Notes under the pieces: model-generated
The model's input: only the letters and a program-made list of their open reading frames with translations
What the model was told of the DNA's origin: nothing
The model's database searches: none
Shown: positions 1 through 14,300 of the stretch, piece by piece
Layout of the letters: the number at the start of each line of letters is the position of its first letter
Numbering within the stretch: the stretch's first letter is position 1
Source: Balanoglossus misakiensis
Taxonomy: Eukaryota > Animalia > Hemichordata
Direction: 5' to 3'
Assembly: GCA_040954595.2 (NCBI GenBank)
Contig: CM082590.2
Coordinates: 6,138,001 to 6,202,000, forward strand
DNA length: 64,000 bases
Made by a program: the position numbers and the translations under genes

Positions 1-3000
1 ACTTCCCAGCAAACATTTGAAAATATGTTGGTTGCAAAAGTTGAACTGAAAATGACCGATAGCTCTCGACTAGAATTAATTATACAGAAGAATATTTAGT
101 ACACCAATGCAAATGGACACCAGCAATTATTTCTTCCTCTAAATACTTGTGTAGGTTGCTGGCTGTAATATATGGTGGCGCTTATGATTCTCATTTTGAA
201 ATTGGTGACTGTACTTAAAGGGACAAGGTCGCTTTTGTTTCAACTTTCTGTGATATCAAGAATATATGGGAAATTTGCATAACGTCTCTCAGTCGTTTTA
301 GTTGTTGCGAGAATGCACTTAGATCGACCCTGTTATGACAAGACATTTGGACGCATCACACCCTATGTGCCACGTTGAGCCTAGTTAGTTGGTGATGACG
401 TCATTCTCTAAAGGGTGGTAACCTTTATATTATCAGACATATTGTCAAAAATTATGACGAATCGTTACATCAGAAACGAGGAAAACTTTGATGTTATTTG
501 AAAGGTCAGCAGCGTATTTCTTGATGTTAGCGGTAGTACAATTAGTTACAGTCCCTGTCTACGTTGTTGTCTGAAAGTTCGTCGTCTTCAAATTTGTCAT
601 TATAAAAAAGAATCTCAGTACGCGCTTATGTTTGCATCTGAAATTACTGCAATGCACATTACTCTGGGAAATCTTGTCTTAGTTGTCATATAATCTCGTA
701 TTATTATCAATCACACAGGAGATCATACGTTGTCTTCTTGTAGTCTCACACCTTTAACAATCATTGTAATAAAGAAAGGCCCGATGTTTCTGTTCATAGA
801 GACGAGCATAACATCAGAGCGGTGAAGCTCAATTGACATTTATTTCTTTTTAATTTGTTTGTGGTGGTGACAGTGGTGTGTTTTCTTGCATCGAGTACAT
901 CGTTGATTTGGTTTTGTCTTTGACCCCTGAACATTTCCGCGTCCAGAAATGTTTTGTAAAGAGTGTTCGAAGGAAAATTATTTGTGGGTGTATTTCGGTT
1001 TTTTTGTTTATTGTTCTGTTATTTCGGTTAGTGTTCACACATGAATCACGAAAATGTCATTTCTAAATGTTTTACAAAGTGGATAACACTTTGATGGTAT
1101 GAGATGATTTTAATTTCTAGTTCATAAACTTCAGTGTCGGCTATATCATGTGAGTTTAGCTGGTGTTTTTAGTAAAAGTTATTTGTTTGCGCGAGTTTCA
1201 GTGGTCAGCGTCCAATAGCCTGAGTACGCAAGGTCACACACGATCATCACTGATCGGGGTCATTTTGCGCGCATTATCAACTTCCTCCTTCAAGCTGAAT
1301 TGTGCATCGCCAGAAATATTAACTGACTTTGCGTAACAGTTTAATTGTTCCCATAATCAGCGACGTTGGCGTAGTGCATTGTAAAGGAGCGATCTTTCCT
1401 TTCCTAAAAGAAAAATGAGGCAAACAGCCTGGGGACATGCATTAAATGAGAAATTCCAGGGATGCGGTTTGTCATCATTCCTTCATGAAGGTATCTCAAC
1501 AAAGGAATCATTCTGTATAAAAGTTAGTACAGCTGGGCGCTTTGTCGAAGATGCTATTTTGGTGGGCATGAGTCATGCTAAGTGGTTGTCCTGGACTGCA
1601 GTCCTCTGAGTTTTAATCTTTAACGATGAAGATCCTCACGGTATTTTCCGTCTCTATGTTCCCGCTGTTGACATAAATAATAAATTGATCAAATTGACAT
1701 CACTACCCACACCTAGGTTAAGCCATGCTTCGCCCATACCAAGGGAGAACAACAACATCATAACATCATATCCCAACATGGTTGACAAGTTTCAGCTTCT
1801 TTGTATTGAACAATATAACATGTGCGCGAAACGTTTCTGTGGCATTGAAAGTAAGCGCAGCCAATATTTGATCATCCTTCCAAGTCTAAGCATATACGTA
1901 TTGTAAAACGCCCTAACTCACCCCTAACAGCGGTAGTGGTCGCATTGCCATACAATCTCAAAATAAAACGACACAATTTGTTATGCACTATTTCAATTTG
2001 GTCAGCCTTATATAGAAACCCCAAACTTCCCTTCTGCACAGTAAGATTGGAAAGAGTTTGCTATCAAAGATTATTTATGTGAGATTAACATCAATGGTGC
2101 CAAAACGTACAGAAATACAATATAACGCCGATACCAGTTATTGAAATAAGCACCAGGTCAGGTATGAATTGATGGCTGGATGAATAGATGTTCACAGCTG
2201 ATCAGTAACTGATCACATTATCGCGCAAAAAAAATAAATTTGAAATGTGACCAAGTGTAAAGTTATCGATACCTTTATTTTTTAAAGCCACTATTTCGCC
2301 AAATGATTACACTTATCTGAATAGGAATCACATTATGTGATGAAGCCATTCAAGTAATTCCCTCTGCTACACAGTGTTTCTTGATCAGATTTAGACACCA
2401 GGCATTACGTGCACGAGCAGTGATCGTGAGTTGCTCCTGATTTTGGTGACATATTTGAAACTAAAATGCAGCTCATAAAATATGTTTACATGTAAAATAT
2501 ACTCTTGCCTCACATTCCAATGATTCGTGTAAGTATAAACTCCCCAGCTACCATTTCAAGAGAGATGATTGTGTTGCTGATTGCAAGATTAGAAATCAAA
2601 ATCGCCCCGATAAGCCCAGAACTATTCTAATGGAAAAAAGTTCGTGCACCTGTATGTACTGGGTGATTCTTCCTCTTTTTGGAGTGGATTGTTGTCTCCA
2701 ATATACAGTGACACGTACCATACCCATTTTGAATACAATGGTCGTTCTTCACCCCGACCAAGAATTTTCGTCTGAGTGATAAACAGTTTGACGTATAAGC
2801 TTAATTAATGAGGTCGTGAAATGTACCTGTTCAAGATATCTCTCAGCAGAAACTATAGAATCAAAGCTTACATTCTGTAAATGGACGTTTATCAATCAAA
2901 TCAAACATACCTTTAGTCACTGCATATAACCTAACCGAGGTATCTAAACTAAGGTTCGCACAATTTTGTTTCTGCTGCTGTACTAGAGAATCAACAAAAT

Positions 3001-3954
3001 TGTCATGAATACTCGGAATATCGTCTGATATGTTATGCACTTAACCTCCTGTTTCCAAGCCAATGTTATGTGATACATGTAGTAACAGGAACCAATGAAA
3101 ATTCCGCATGTGTGATCATTATTATTTGGGTAAATTTACTTATATTTTGCTCAAAGCAACTTTAAATTATGTTCTCTTAAAATTAAGAATAATAATTAAA
3201 TAGTCTAAAATTTGAAGTTCAAAATGACCGCCAATCTCTGTGTTAATGATGCGAACAGTACGAAAAACATTTTCCAATTTCCGAAAAACCTCTTTTTTAC
3301 ATAATTATTGCTGAAAAGGGTAGAATATTATGAAAATATTGACAACCACTCCCCCTTATACATCTATAGAGTTCTGGCAAGCGTAACCGCTTAAAGAACA
3401 TCGACACGGCACGTTCCCTATTCTAACTTGGCGGGGACTAGAGCGAGGTCCCCCGGGGGAATCCCGGAGAGGCAGCACGCCAGCTGCCCTTCCTTCTCCT
3501 GTCTCCATGCGTTATATACCGCACCCGTGCAAATGTCACCGTCACGGCGCGTTCCCTAGCTTACACGGCGTTTCCTTCAAACTCTGCAGGGCCAGAGGCT
3601 AACCGCGCCCGGGGAAGCCTGCGAGGAACGCCCGTATGCTCTATAGTTGATGTGTGTGGCAGACCACCATTCCTTTTAGTTCCGGCGCGCCTACCCGCAG
3701 AGGGGCCAAAAAGTTATTCTCCGCGTATGGTGTTTTTACCCCCCCCCCCTCTGCGGGGACAGTTGCGACTAGGCCCTGTGGAACCCAGAGCAACTGTACT
3801 TACCGTTGGCGATGACGGAGATACCTCGGAGGAGCCGACAACGGCCAATCTTGGTACAGGTGCTCCCTTGCCAGGCCAGGGGACAGTGCAAATTCCTCCC
3901 GTTGAGTGCGGAACAGAATCCGTACTCTCTGGGGGTCGACCCGGTTTGTCTCTA

Positions 3955-4825
3955 CCGCGCCTGCTTAAACACCGACACGGCGCGTTACCTTTCTCACTCG
4001 GCGGGGACTTGAGCGAGGTCCCACCAGGGGAAGCCTGGAGATGCGGCATGCTAGCCACCCTCCTTTTCCTGTCTCCATGCGTTACATACCGCGCCTGCTA
4101 AAGAACACCGACACGGCGCGTTACCTTTCGAACTCGGCGGGGACTTGGGCGAGGTACCGCCAGGGGAAGCCTGGAGATGTGGCATGCTAGCCACCCCTCC
4201 TTTTCCTGTCTCCATGCGTTACATACCGCGCCTGCTAAAGAACACCGACACGGCGCGTTACCTTTCGAACTCGGCGGGGACTTGGGCGAGGTCCCGCCAG
4301 GGAAGTCTGGAGATGTGGCATGCTAGCCATCCCTCCTTTTCCTGTCTCCATGCGTTCCATACCACGCCTGCTACAGAACACCAATACGGTGCGTTCCCTT
4401 TCTAACTCGGCGGGGACTTGAGCGAGGTCCCGCCGGGGAAGTCTGGAGATGTGGCATGCTAGCCATCCCTCCTTTTCCTGTCTCCATGCGTTACATACCG
4501 CGCCTGCTACAGAACACCAATACGGTGCGTTCCCTTTCTAACTCGGCGGGGACTTGAGCGAGGTCCCGCCGGGGAAGTCTGGAGATGGTGCATGCTAGCC
4601 ATCCCTCCTTTTCCTGTCTCCATGCGTTACATACCGCGCCTGCTACAGAACACCAGTAAGGTGCGTTCCCTTTCTAACTCGGCGGGGACTTGAGCGAGGT
4701 CCCGCCAGGGGAAGCCTGGAGACGCGGCATGCTAGCCATCCCTCCTTTTCCTGTCTCCATGCGTTACATACCGCGCCTGCTACAGAACACCGACACGGCG
4801 CGTTACCTTTCTAACTCGGCGGGGC
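3955..4825. repeat. GC-rich tandem repeat, 136-137-bp unit, ~6.4 copies; a diverged extra unit lies at ~3395-3530
   Basis: The motif GCGGGG(ACTT) starts at 4001, 4137, 4274, 4410, 4546, 4682 and 4819. Confidence 0.95.
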
Positions 4826-5079
4826 CAGAGCCTACTCACGCCCGCGGAAGCCTGCGAGGAACGCCCGTATGCTCCATGTAGTTGATGAAGTCTGTGACAG
4901 ACGAGGTTCAGTTAGAATCATGGTCATCATAAGTGATGTCATAGTCCTGGACTGAGTATTGCGAAGTGGAGATATGTCACTTCATTCACGTCATGTGTTG
5001 CTCATAATCTCATTACTCTGTTGTTTGAATGTGCGAACTAATTTTGTGATTAACTCAGAAACAAACAAATTGAATGAAT

Positions 5080-5344
5080 TATGCTGTGACGTCACCATAG
5101 TATTGAGGTATACATGTATTGCATATATCACACCTTTATGGTGTCATGAACTTTGACCAAGTGCCGGTATTTTTTGTTGTTTTAACGTATTTCCTTATTT
5201 ATCAGACAATGTCCCGAAAGTTTTGTCAACGTCACCTGACCAGGTAGTCAACGCCATTTACAACACATAGGAAGGTGACTTGTTCAACTCTAAAGCGGTG
5301 CTACTGATCCAGATGTATTCCAACACAATGTCAATGACGTAATC
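5080..5344 (+). promoter_or_regulatory. Proximal promoter/5'UTR of copy 1 with a CRE palindrome (GTGACGTCAC, 5086-5095)
   Basis: Block homologous to 53330-53593 upstream of copy 2; TGACGTCA and ATGACGTAA are kept in both copies. Confidence 0.5.
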
Positions 5345-5374
5345 ATGGCTTCCAGAAAAGTCAAGGATCCACTG
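5345..5374 (+). CDS. Copy 1 exon 1 (MASRKVKDPL)
   Basis: ATG in context ATCATGG, then CTG|GTAAGT donor; the same exon and donor occur at 53594-53623. Confidence 0.75.
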
Positions 5375-8300
5375 GTAAGTGAACTTTTAACTGTAACAAC
5401 TGACATTTCACACCAAGGGCAACTCAGTCAGGCAGTGACGACAACTGCTTTATGTGCTTTATTTTTCTGAAGACTGCGTTTGAAAATTCACCCATTCAAC
5501 CCCATGCACATTTGACATGTAAAACCACTTTGAAAATTGTGTCACAAGACTTATGAATGCTACGTAGACTTGTGGCGTTGTATTCGTTTTATACGGTCTA
5601 AGTGGTTTAATTTTTTTCCAAAGGTCATGCTTGCTCGACCCACGAAAAAAATCAGAATTTTCAGTGTATGTATCCATTACAATATTTGTGCATTCATAAA
5701 AAATAACTTGGTTGACGATATGTCAAAATGATTACGACATTTCGTGGCTACTCCAACTGGAGACAAAAAGGATTTTTTGCAATTATATTTGTTGCATTTA
5801 TTAATTATTTTACTGTTATGCTGCAAGCAAAATTTATTGAGCAAGCTCTATATAAATCAATTGTTGAAATCCATGCCTGTGTTACTTTGTAACCATTCTG
5901 GCTGTGTGTCTTTATATAGGACAGTCTGAATTGACGCCATATCAAAGAATGATAACCTTTGACCTGAAATGAGTTCATTCAAGGTGACGCAGGCATGGTG
6001 TTGGTCATAAGGGGTCGTGGATAATTATTAATTCCCCATGAGCTGACTCAATCTTCTCCGTATCCTTTGCCGACAGACAACACGACAGGTTGATGATACA
6101 TGTGTGCATACCCACGAGTAAGCTTTTTAAAATGAACCAACCGAACTTTGATAGTAAAATCACGAAAATAATGCATGACGTGAGGCATGTCAAATGCAAC
6201 TATTTTCATTTAACCCAAACCCCTCGCTTAAGTTTGGAACAACAAAAAGCAATGAATATTTTATCCCCTCGACGTGTCTACACCGACTCTCTCTCCAAGA
6301 ACACATATTTGTTGTAACCCCAAAAGAAATGAAATTAAATCGGTGCGTGTGTAAACATAAAGTTGTGATATCTACTCACCATAAACATTATTTTCATCAC
6401 AGAATGTTTGTTCCAAAACTCGTGACACTAATATACCATATTGAAGATGTTGCTAATGAACGCTTTAATCCCAATTCATGCATCAATTCTTTTATTTATA
6501 ATAAACTGTTATGTCTACAAACCAAAAATGTTGAGGTACTAGCACATTTCAGTGTGGTTTGTTGTCTTCTGCCTTCATGTACAAGACTGAGGGGAGGGGT
6601 TATACACCAGCAAGTCCTCCATCTGTTCAAATTTACCAGTCAGACATTTTGTGTTCAGTAGTGCATTATGGGCCGGTTGTCGTTATCCTGGAATGTCGTT
6701 TATTGTTTTCGTTTTGTTGGAATTCCAGTATTTTTGTGATCAGAATTTCACCGATGGAATGCTTTCCTTTCAGCAATGTCTGCACCATGTTTTATCATTC
6801 GCGATCAAAACTCACAAACATTCACATTTTCCCCATCAAGGGATATTGTGCGCGTGCATGAATTATCCACAACTCCAAAGAATAATGGCATATAAATCTC
6901 GAAATAAGGGACTGGTCAGTTTCTTCGGCCTGGGGGAGGGGGGTGGATGGAGTCATGGGGAGGTCACCCTGTTTTGAAATTGGGTGATGGGGGGGGGTCA
7001 CCGGGGGTCACCCATTTTTCCATGTTCAAAGAGGGGGTCGGGTCAGTCACTGTTTGATATCCACAAAATAGAATCCACCCCGCAGGCCTAAGAAACTGAC
7101 AAGTCCCTAAGCGCTTACGGTTAACTACTATAAAAATGAGACATTCTAACCGATAGAAAGCAGCTTGTCTACGTCAACCGTGACTTTGTGGCTGATCACA
7201 ACGGAAACAAGTGTTATCTGTTTGGCCGTGTAGTGACAGCCGTGCTGTGACGTTCATTACTGACCGTCGGTTGTGGATTCCATGTTCTGACCAACAGGAC
7301 GACATCCCAAATCTGTAGACTATAACAATAGAGTAGTTGGACAGTCAATTGACCATAACCTTGTTCACGTTTCTTTTATGGATATCATGCAAGCCCTATC
7401 AAACAGTCAAAAATGCTTCTTGGGAAGCACATCAGCGAACAGGTATACAAAGCCTTCGCACGACCCACACACTACTACAGCTACACAATAACTTGCCCTC
7501 ACAGTTTGGACAAACATTCACAGTGATACTCTCATTTCATTTCTTCACCGTTCTCTTGAGACCGTTGCCTTATCATGAGTCCATGGGCTCATCCGGGCAT
7601 TTTCCAGTACATGTATCTATATTTTGGTGTAAGCCGTGTACGTTTATGTGTAATTAGAATACTTTCCCTTACGAAAAAATATTTTTGCTGGGAGATGGTT
7701 ATGAGTTTGCTGCCAATACCCAGCAGGCATATAGTTTGCAGATTGGCTGATAAGAGGGTTTGCAGAAGTTTGCAGGATTCTGCAAGCTCAATGCAAACTG
7801 AACAATCCCCAAACATGTTGTGCAGAGAATTCACAGCAAATCAAACTTGTGCAATGAATTTACAGCAAATAAAAACTGTTGCTGTGAAGTCACTGCAACT
7901 TGTTAATGGTCAGAATGAGCTTGTGATTTCCAAGCAATCTATAGGTTAAAGGTCACAACTACACTGTACAAAGAGATTGTCTGGGCCCAGTGTTAGTACC
8001 GGGTACATGGCTATGCTGTCCTATGGTCTCCATCCACACATTCAGCAAATGTGATCTACCATTGCTGACAATGAGGGGTGAGCAAAACAAGCACATTGGA
8101 TAGTAGTTTTTTACAAATTAAATGTTGATCAGGTTAGATTTTTGGCTCTGATTCCAGGATAGACCAGCAAATTATTTTATATTTATAACTATTCAAATTG
8201 AACTTGTGGATTAGTTACGAAAGTCACCAAGATGTCACAACCTTGTACAAGCTTGCTGCAAGGATGACACAACTTTGAAATGCTAGCTTTTAGCTTGTAT

Positions 8301-11300
8301 AAAGGTTTTACAAGCTTGGATAAGATTACGGCTTAAAATTACAAGCTTGAATACAGCTTGTGAACCGCCCCAGACAAGCTTGTATAATACACACAGACCA
8401 GTGTGTTTTAGATATATAGAAATTCTTAACACTGGTCCGGGGCCAGGCTAGGTCCCATGCATAGTGTACAAGATCCCTACATTTAATAAAGCATACTTTT
8501 TTTTTCCAAAAATGAGTATATTTCATGGTTACTCAAATCCTACTTCAATATTTTTCTTCTATAAATATCGTCAGTCGATCCTAACTCACAGTCGATCAAT
8601 GTTATAGCTGTGAGCTCTATTTCCGGTTATGACACGAAAATAGCGTTGTGCGCATGCGCTAGGTACACCCGCCATATTTTAACGGTTTTCTTGTTGTAAA
8701 CACTTCTAAGGATTATGTCGCGGTCCCAGTGTTCGTCAGACATGTTTATCATCCACATCCATTCGGAAAGGGCGATTTTATACCATCAGCGATGCTGCCG
8801 TTTTGATGAATTGATCGTTAAAAGATAGGTAAATCTTTCAGCTAGACTTTGCTGCATGTTGTCAGTCGCGTCCGTCCATACGGCATACTGTTCATTGTTG
8901 CTGTAATGGGCGCCGGCGAGTCAGTTCAGTTCCGTTAAAGACTATCTCGCATTTAGTTTTAAACACCAGGCAAATTTACTGTTACTTGTTGTCTGTACTG
9001 TTGGATATTGCAACGAAATGAACTATGTTTGCATTCTTAAAAATCATGAGTGAACGTGTTTAAATATAGAAGCTGATCGTCTTTGTATGTGCATTGAATG
9101 GCCAATGATAATTTATTTGACAGTTGTTTTTCGTAGAGGTACAATATTTCATGGTAAAAACTGCAATTTCTCAATCGTGCTACATCTGGAATGTACACTG
9201 AGTCTGAAGCAAAGGCTTTGTCATTGCAAAATCAACATTATTTGGAAATTCTTAAAGCAATTGTAAACAAAATAACTATCTTAAATCATGAACACCACCT
9301 TCGTAAATAGTGTAGGTGGGAAGTTTTTTAAGATGTAAAAATAACCTTTTATCTAATATTGCTTCATTTATTTTCAAGCAGAGAAAAAGTGTGTTTGTGT
9401 GTGTGTGTGTGTGGGGGGGGGGGGGGTTCAATGGTACCCCTAGTTAATTGGCTTTGCTGCAAACTCACTGCAATGTTCAAATTTCCAAGGTGGCAATCTT
9501 GATTGCTGTGAACTCACTGCAGTATTCAAATTGCTGTGAACTCACTGCAGTATTCAAAATCTTGTTGCTGGAAGTTTGCAGCAAATTTGCAAGTCCCCTA
9601 ATTTGCATGGTAAAATCAGGACTGTTTGCCACTTTGCAGCAGCAGTTTGCAGTGAGTTTGCAGAATCCTGCTGCAGATTTGCGGGAGGAGTTTGCAGCAG
9701 GCCCTTTTTAGGTCCCATTGGTATAGGCCTATATACCATGGGACCTTATGGGATCGGTTGCGTCTGTATGTATGGATGGATGTATGTATGTATGTATGTA
9801 TGGATGTATGTCCGTCCACATCAAAAACTTGAAAACCGCTGTGCGTATCACCTCAATATTTGGTGTGTAGGTGCAGGCTGGGCTGTAGATGGGAGTTTGT
9901 TCAAACGAAGTTGCCAGGCCCAAAAATATGCAAATTAGCCTGTAAAATGTGAAATTTATCAAAACTCTGAAAGTCAACAACTACTGGTCAGATTGCTTTA
10001 AAAATTGGTATGCATGTACCTTATGTCAACCTCACATCGACCTGTAAGTGTTAAGTTAATATCATGGATTTTTTATTTTTTATGAATTTTTTAGTCTTTT
10101 TATTAAATTTATAACTTTACTTATACCTCTATGGTTAAGCTATGTCCACGTCTTATTGTGGAATTCTGGTCTGTGCAATAGTCCTGTACAGTGACTGTCT
10201 ATTGGTAAGTAAGCACAATGCGGCCAAAATAAAAGGCGAATTTTTGGGCTCACCTGTAACACCTGCTTAACACATTAATTATGTGCAAACCTAATTCCGG
10301 GCTAACTAATAGGGCTAGAGGTTTGGTTTTTGTTGAACATGAACCAGTATAGGGTCAAAATTTCTTGCCCAAATTTTGCATGACCTCAGGTGACCTTTGA
10401 CCTACTTTACCATATCTTGGCATCCAGAGCAGGTACAGACTTGGCGTTTGGAGGGTTGGGACTAACATAATAAAGCCAAATTATGGGTCACCTGTGACAC
10501 CTGCATATCTCATTAATTATGTGCATACCTAATTCCAGGCTAACCAATAGGGCTATAGGTTTGGTTTTTGTTGAACATGGACCAGTATAGGGTCAAAATT
10601 TCTTGCCCAAATTTTGCATGACCTCAGGTGACCTTTGACCTACTTTTCCATATCTTGGCATCCAGAGCAGATATGCTTTTTGCTATGTTGCTATGTTCTA
10701 TGTTGGCTTGGGCCCGCTATTGCTGCTTGCAGCTATATTTTTTCTTTAAAAGCACATGCCAGATTGCTTTGCAATTTGACAGTTTATTGGGCATGTTCCT
10801 TGTTAATGTTGTTACATTCCATATTTCTATATCCTACGATCATATCTGCTTGCAATGTCGCCTGTAATTTTTATTCTGGTGTGTCACTGTTTCCGCATAA
10901 TCCTCAAATGGGACCACAGTGTCCTTGACGCTATTTTTTTTCGTTAGGGTTACCATATCATCGATGCAAAATGTTTATACAATGTGATGTAACAGTGCAC
11001 TTTCTTGGTGTTTGTGATTTTGTTTATTCATTATCGAAGATCAGTTCAAATACTGAAGAATTTTATATTTGACGGAATAATTAAAAAATAACAATTGTAT
11101 GTTTCACTGAATGTTATAGGATCTCATTAATGCCGCTGAGAATGGTGATGTTGCAAGGATTCAATCGTTGATAACTGATGGGTACGATGTCAATGCAAAG
11201 GGTGAATACAAAGGCTGGGTAAGTATTTGCACTGCCTCACTCAACATTTCACACGTACAACCAAGTCACACAGGTAACGAATCTGAAGCGGCAAACGTCT

Positions 11301-14300
11301 TGACCTTGACTTTATTGATGAACACAAACCTTTCCTGTGTTTGATATACCACCTGAATGCATTTGAAATAGAAAACGTGTCAAAAAATAAAGCTTGTTTC
11401 CTCCTTTGTTTCTCTTATATCAATTTGAGGTTACAAAGAAAAATTTGAAACCGAAACGAATAAGAACATAGTGTTGGATGAAATGTTCAATTATCTGTAT
11501 ATTGTGACCAGTAACAGTCTGTGGCGCGGTTGTTGACAATTCTAGATGGATGCAAATGTCATAATAAATGAAAGTGTTTACAAAAAAATTAAAACCCCAA
11601 AAGCGACACAACATAGAGATTAAAAATCCCACGTCGTAAGTCAATCTGGAATTCAGGTAAATATGGTCATGAAAAGATTGCCGTTGATTGCCCTTATAAA
11701 CAAAAAGTGCGGATTTCTTTAGTCTGTGGTGTTTGTATTACAAGTGTATTCTTCAGGCGTGATTTGAATCTTTGAGGTGGGGCAGCTGTTGATTGATTGT
11801 AATATTTATTTCCTCTGTCTCTTCGATGGATATCTTAGCTGTAGAAATTACTTGAGTGAATAAACACACATGTGTGGAGATTAACGTGTTATTGTACCTC
11901 AATGGACATAGAACAATGCCAGAGTAAGGACATAGTGCTTGTCTATGGGGAATACAGGGAGAATATCAGAGTCGTGACAAGGCCAGGCTGAAATGTTTCA
12001 TTTACGGACACCCGATGAATATGTGGAATCTGTGTCATTGCAGGCTGAAGAGTTGTCATTTGGACGATATCTTCATTTGTGAAGGAAACTAGTGATTGCA
12101 TGTGCCCCATGCATTATGAGCCATTGTAAGCTTAGGGACCGTCTCAGATTGTCACAAAACTAGCTGGTTAAATCGGATGTAGAATTAGGCGGTGTCTTTA
12201 CTATTGCTGATTCTTGGCTTTTCTGTTCGGAATGGGACCGTCCACCCGAGAACGGCCAAGACAGAGAACAGAACAGTCAAAACGATCACCAACGCCTAGC
12301 TCTAAATCTGATTTTAATCAGATTGGTCACATAAATTCAACAAGTAACGTGCTTATGTTTATTTGAAGGGCGAATTCAATTTGTTTAGTAAACTCCACTT
12401 TCACACTTATTTTCCTTTTGTGTTTTTTGTTAAATTCGGTGAACCAGAACGTTTAGAGTTTAAAATTGAAAAAAAAACATAGGTAATTTCACTTCCATTC
12501 AATGGATACTACAAACGCTTTTTTAAAAAAGACAAATTTGAGAGAAATGTCCAGATTGGTTTAAACAATTCTTTTTCTGATGTTTCCTAGCAACATTAAA
12601 TAATTATAACATTGATGTACCGTACGTACCAACGTTAGGTTCATAGCAGGCTATACCTAAATATTAACTTACATCAACAGAGAAACAGGGGATTGTGTGT
12701 GTCTGGTGTATCACGTCCGCCATGTTTATCTGTTAGAGTACTTGGTGTGATTGAAAATTTGAACATATCAATGTAATTTATGAAATGATATTAAGACCTG
12801 TTGCACCAATGATTGTGCATAAACATGTATAGTGCGCTACATTATATTAGAATTTTATAGTATTACACTTGTTAGAAATATCTACAGGACAGGTTATAAA
12901 TGTTCTCTGAAACAATAGAGTTTTGGTCTGAAACAACTATAGATGCTACACACATTTAACTCATAATATCAGTCAACACTTATAGTTACAAATCAATTCC
13001 AGTGAAATTATAGCCATGTAACCTTACAAGTCCAACATTGGAACATACCTTGTGTTCATTTTAATTCAAATGAATTTGTCAATTTCAGTCTGAATCCACA
13101 GCATTGCATGTTGCAGCCTGGGAAAATAAACTAGAAGCGGCACAAGTGTTGATCGACCATGGAGCTGACGTCAATGCTAAGGAGGTGGTAAGTGGCTTTA
13201 CATGCTCACTCACCAATAGCCCAAACGGCCAAAAAGGTGACACTGTACTTATATTTTGTAGTGTTGACGACATTCGGGATGTCAATCACGAAACTAGTGT
13301 TACTGCAATAAACCGACACACATATATACTAATATTATGCAGAGTATGAAAGAGTTTGAGGTTAGTTTTTGGTCCGTGGCTATGTGGAATTCTTATATAT
13401 GTAACCCAGAGTTTGATTTGGTTATTCACAACACAAGTCAACATTCAAGGTCAACAACAAGAACAGATATCGCACAAATTTTTAGCAGTCAACAGTATTG
13501 CTATTTTATTGCTATGATAACTAGAGAACTATCTAACAGAAATATGGGTCGCTTTACAATGATCGAAACACTGAATAAATGACTTGCATAGAAATCCACT
13601 AGTCCACTGTGTTATCACTGAAATACTAGTAAGTCCAGTGTTCATCAAAACAGAAACCCTACAGTCTATTCAACTTAGCTGTTCCGCTAAACCGTGAACG
13701 GATCTGGCTGTGTCAACATCGTAAATCGGGTCCCTGGCAACCGGCGAGTCCTGGCCTGTGTTGTCACGATCTACGTTGCAGACGAGTATCCCTCCACACA
13801 CGCAACGGGTATTTTCCTATACACACGCACGCATCTAGGGCTTCCCACTCGGGCTTGCAATAGTATACAATCCACAGTTCCGAATTCAACACTCAGCACA
13901 GTTCTGTAGATTTCAAATAAAACTGTTCGAAAGACATCTCATTTTGTAAACAAAGATGATGGGTCATTCACTTAGAAACGTGTACATGCGCATACTACAT
14001 ATGGAACAAGTACACGCAGTCACTGTGCCCAACCACCTTTTTTATACAGTGGTCACGTAACATGCATTTCTAGGGACCTTAGAAAAATCTATTTTTAATA
14101 CATTTTCCGAAACGCGCCTTGATTTCACAGGCGTTTTAAAGTTTCTAAAATGACGCCATGGTTATGACAGAATGTATGCGCCTGCGCAAGTTTCTAGGTG
14201 AATGACCTTTCAAAATGGTTGGGCAAGCAGAGTTTGTCTGGACAGAGAGATAGCGATTTTTTCCGCATTTTTAGGGATCGATTGGGTGAGTTAGGTAAAA

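Noticed and set aside
3955-4825. CRISPR array, hammerhead ribozyme array, or coding ORFs (3652-4881)
   Set aside because: There are no unique spacers, the context is eukaryotic, I saw no CTGANGA/GAAA core, and the 136-137-bp unit shifts frame, so the ORFs are repeat artefacts.
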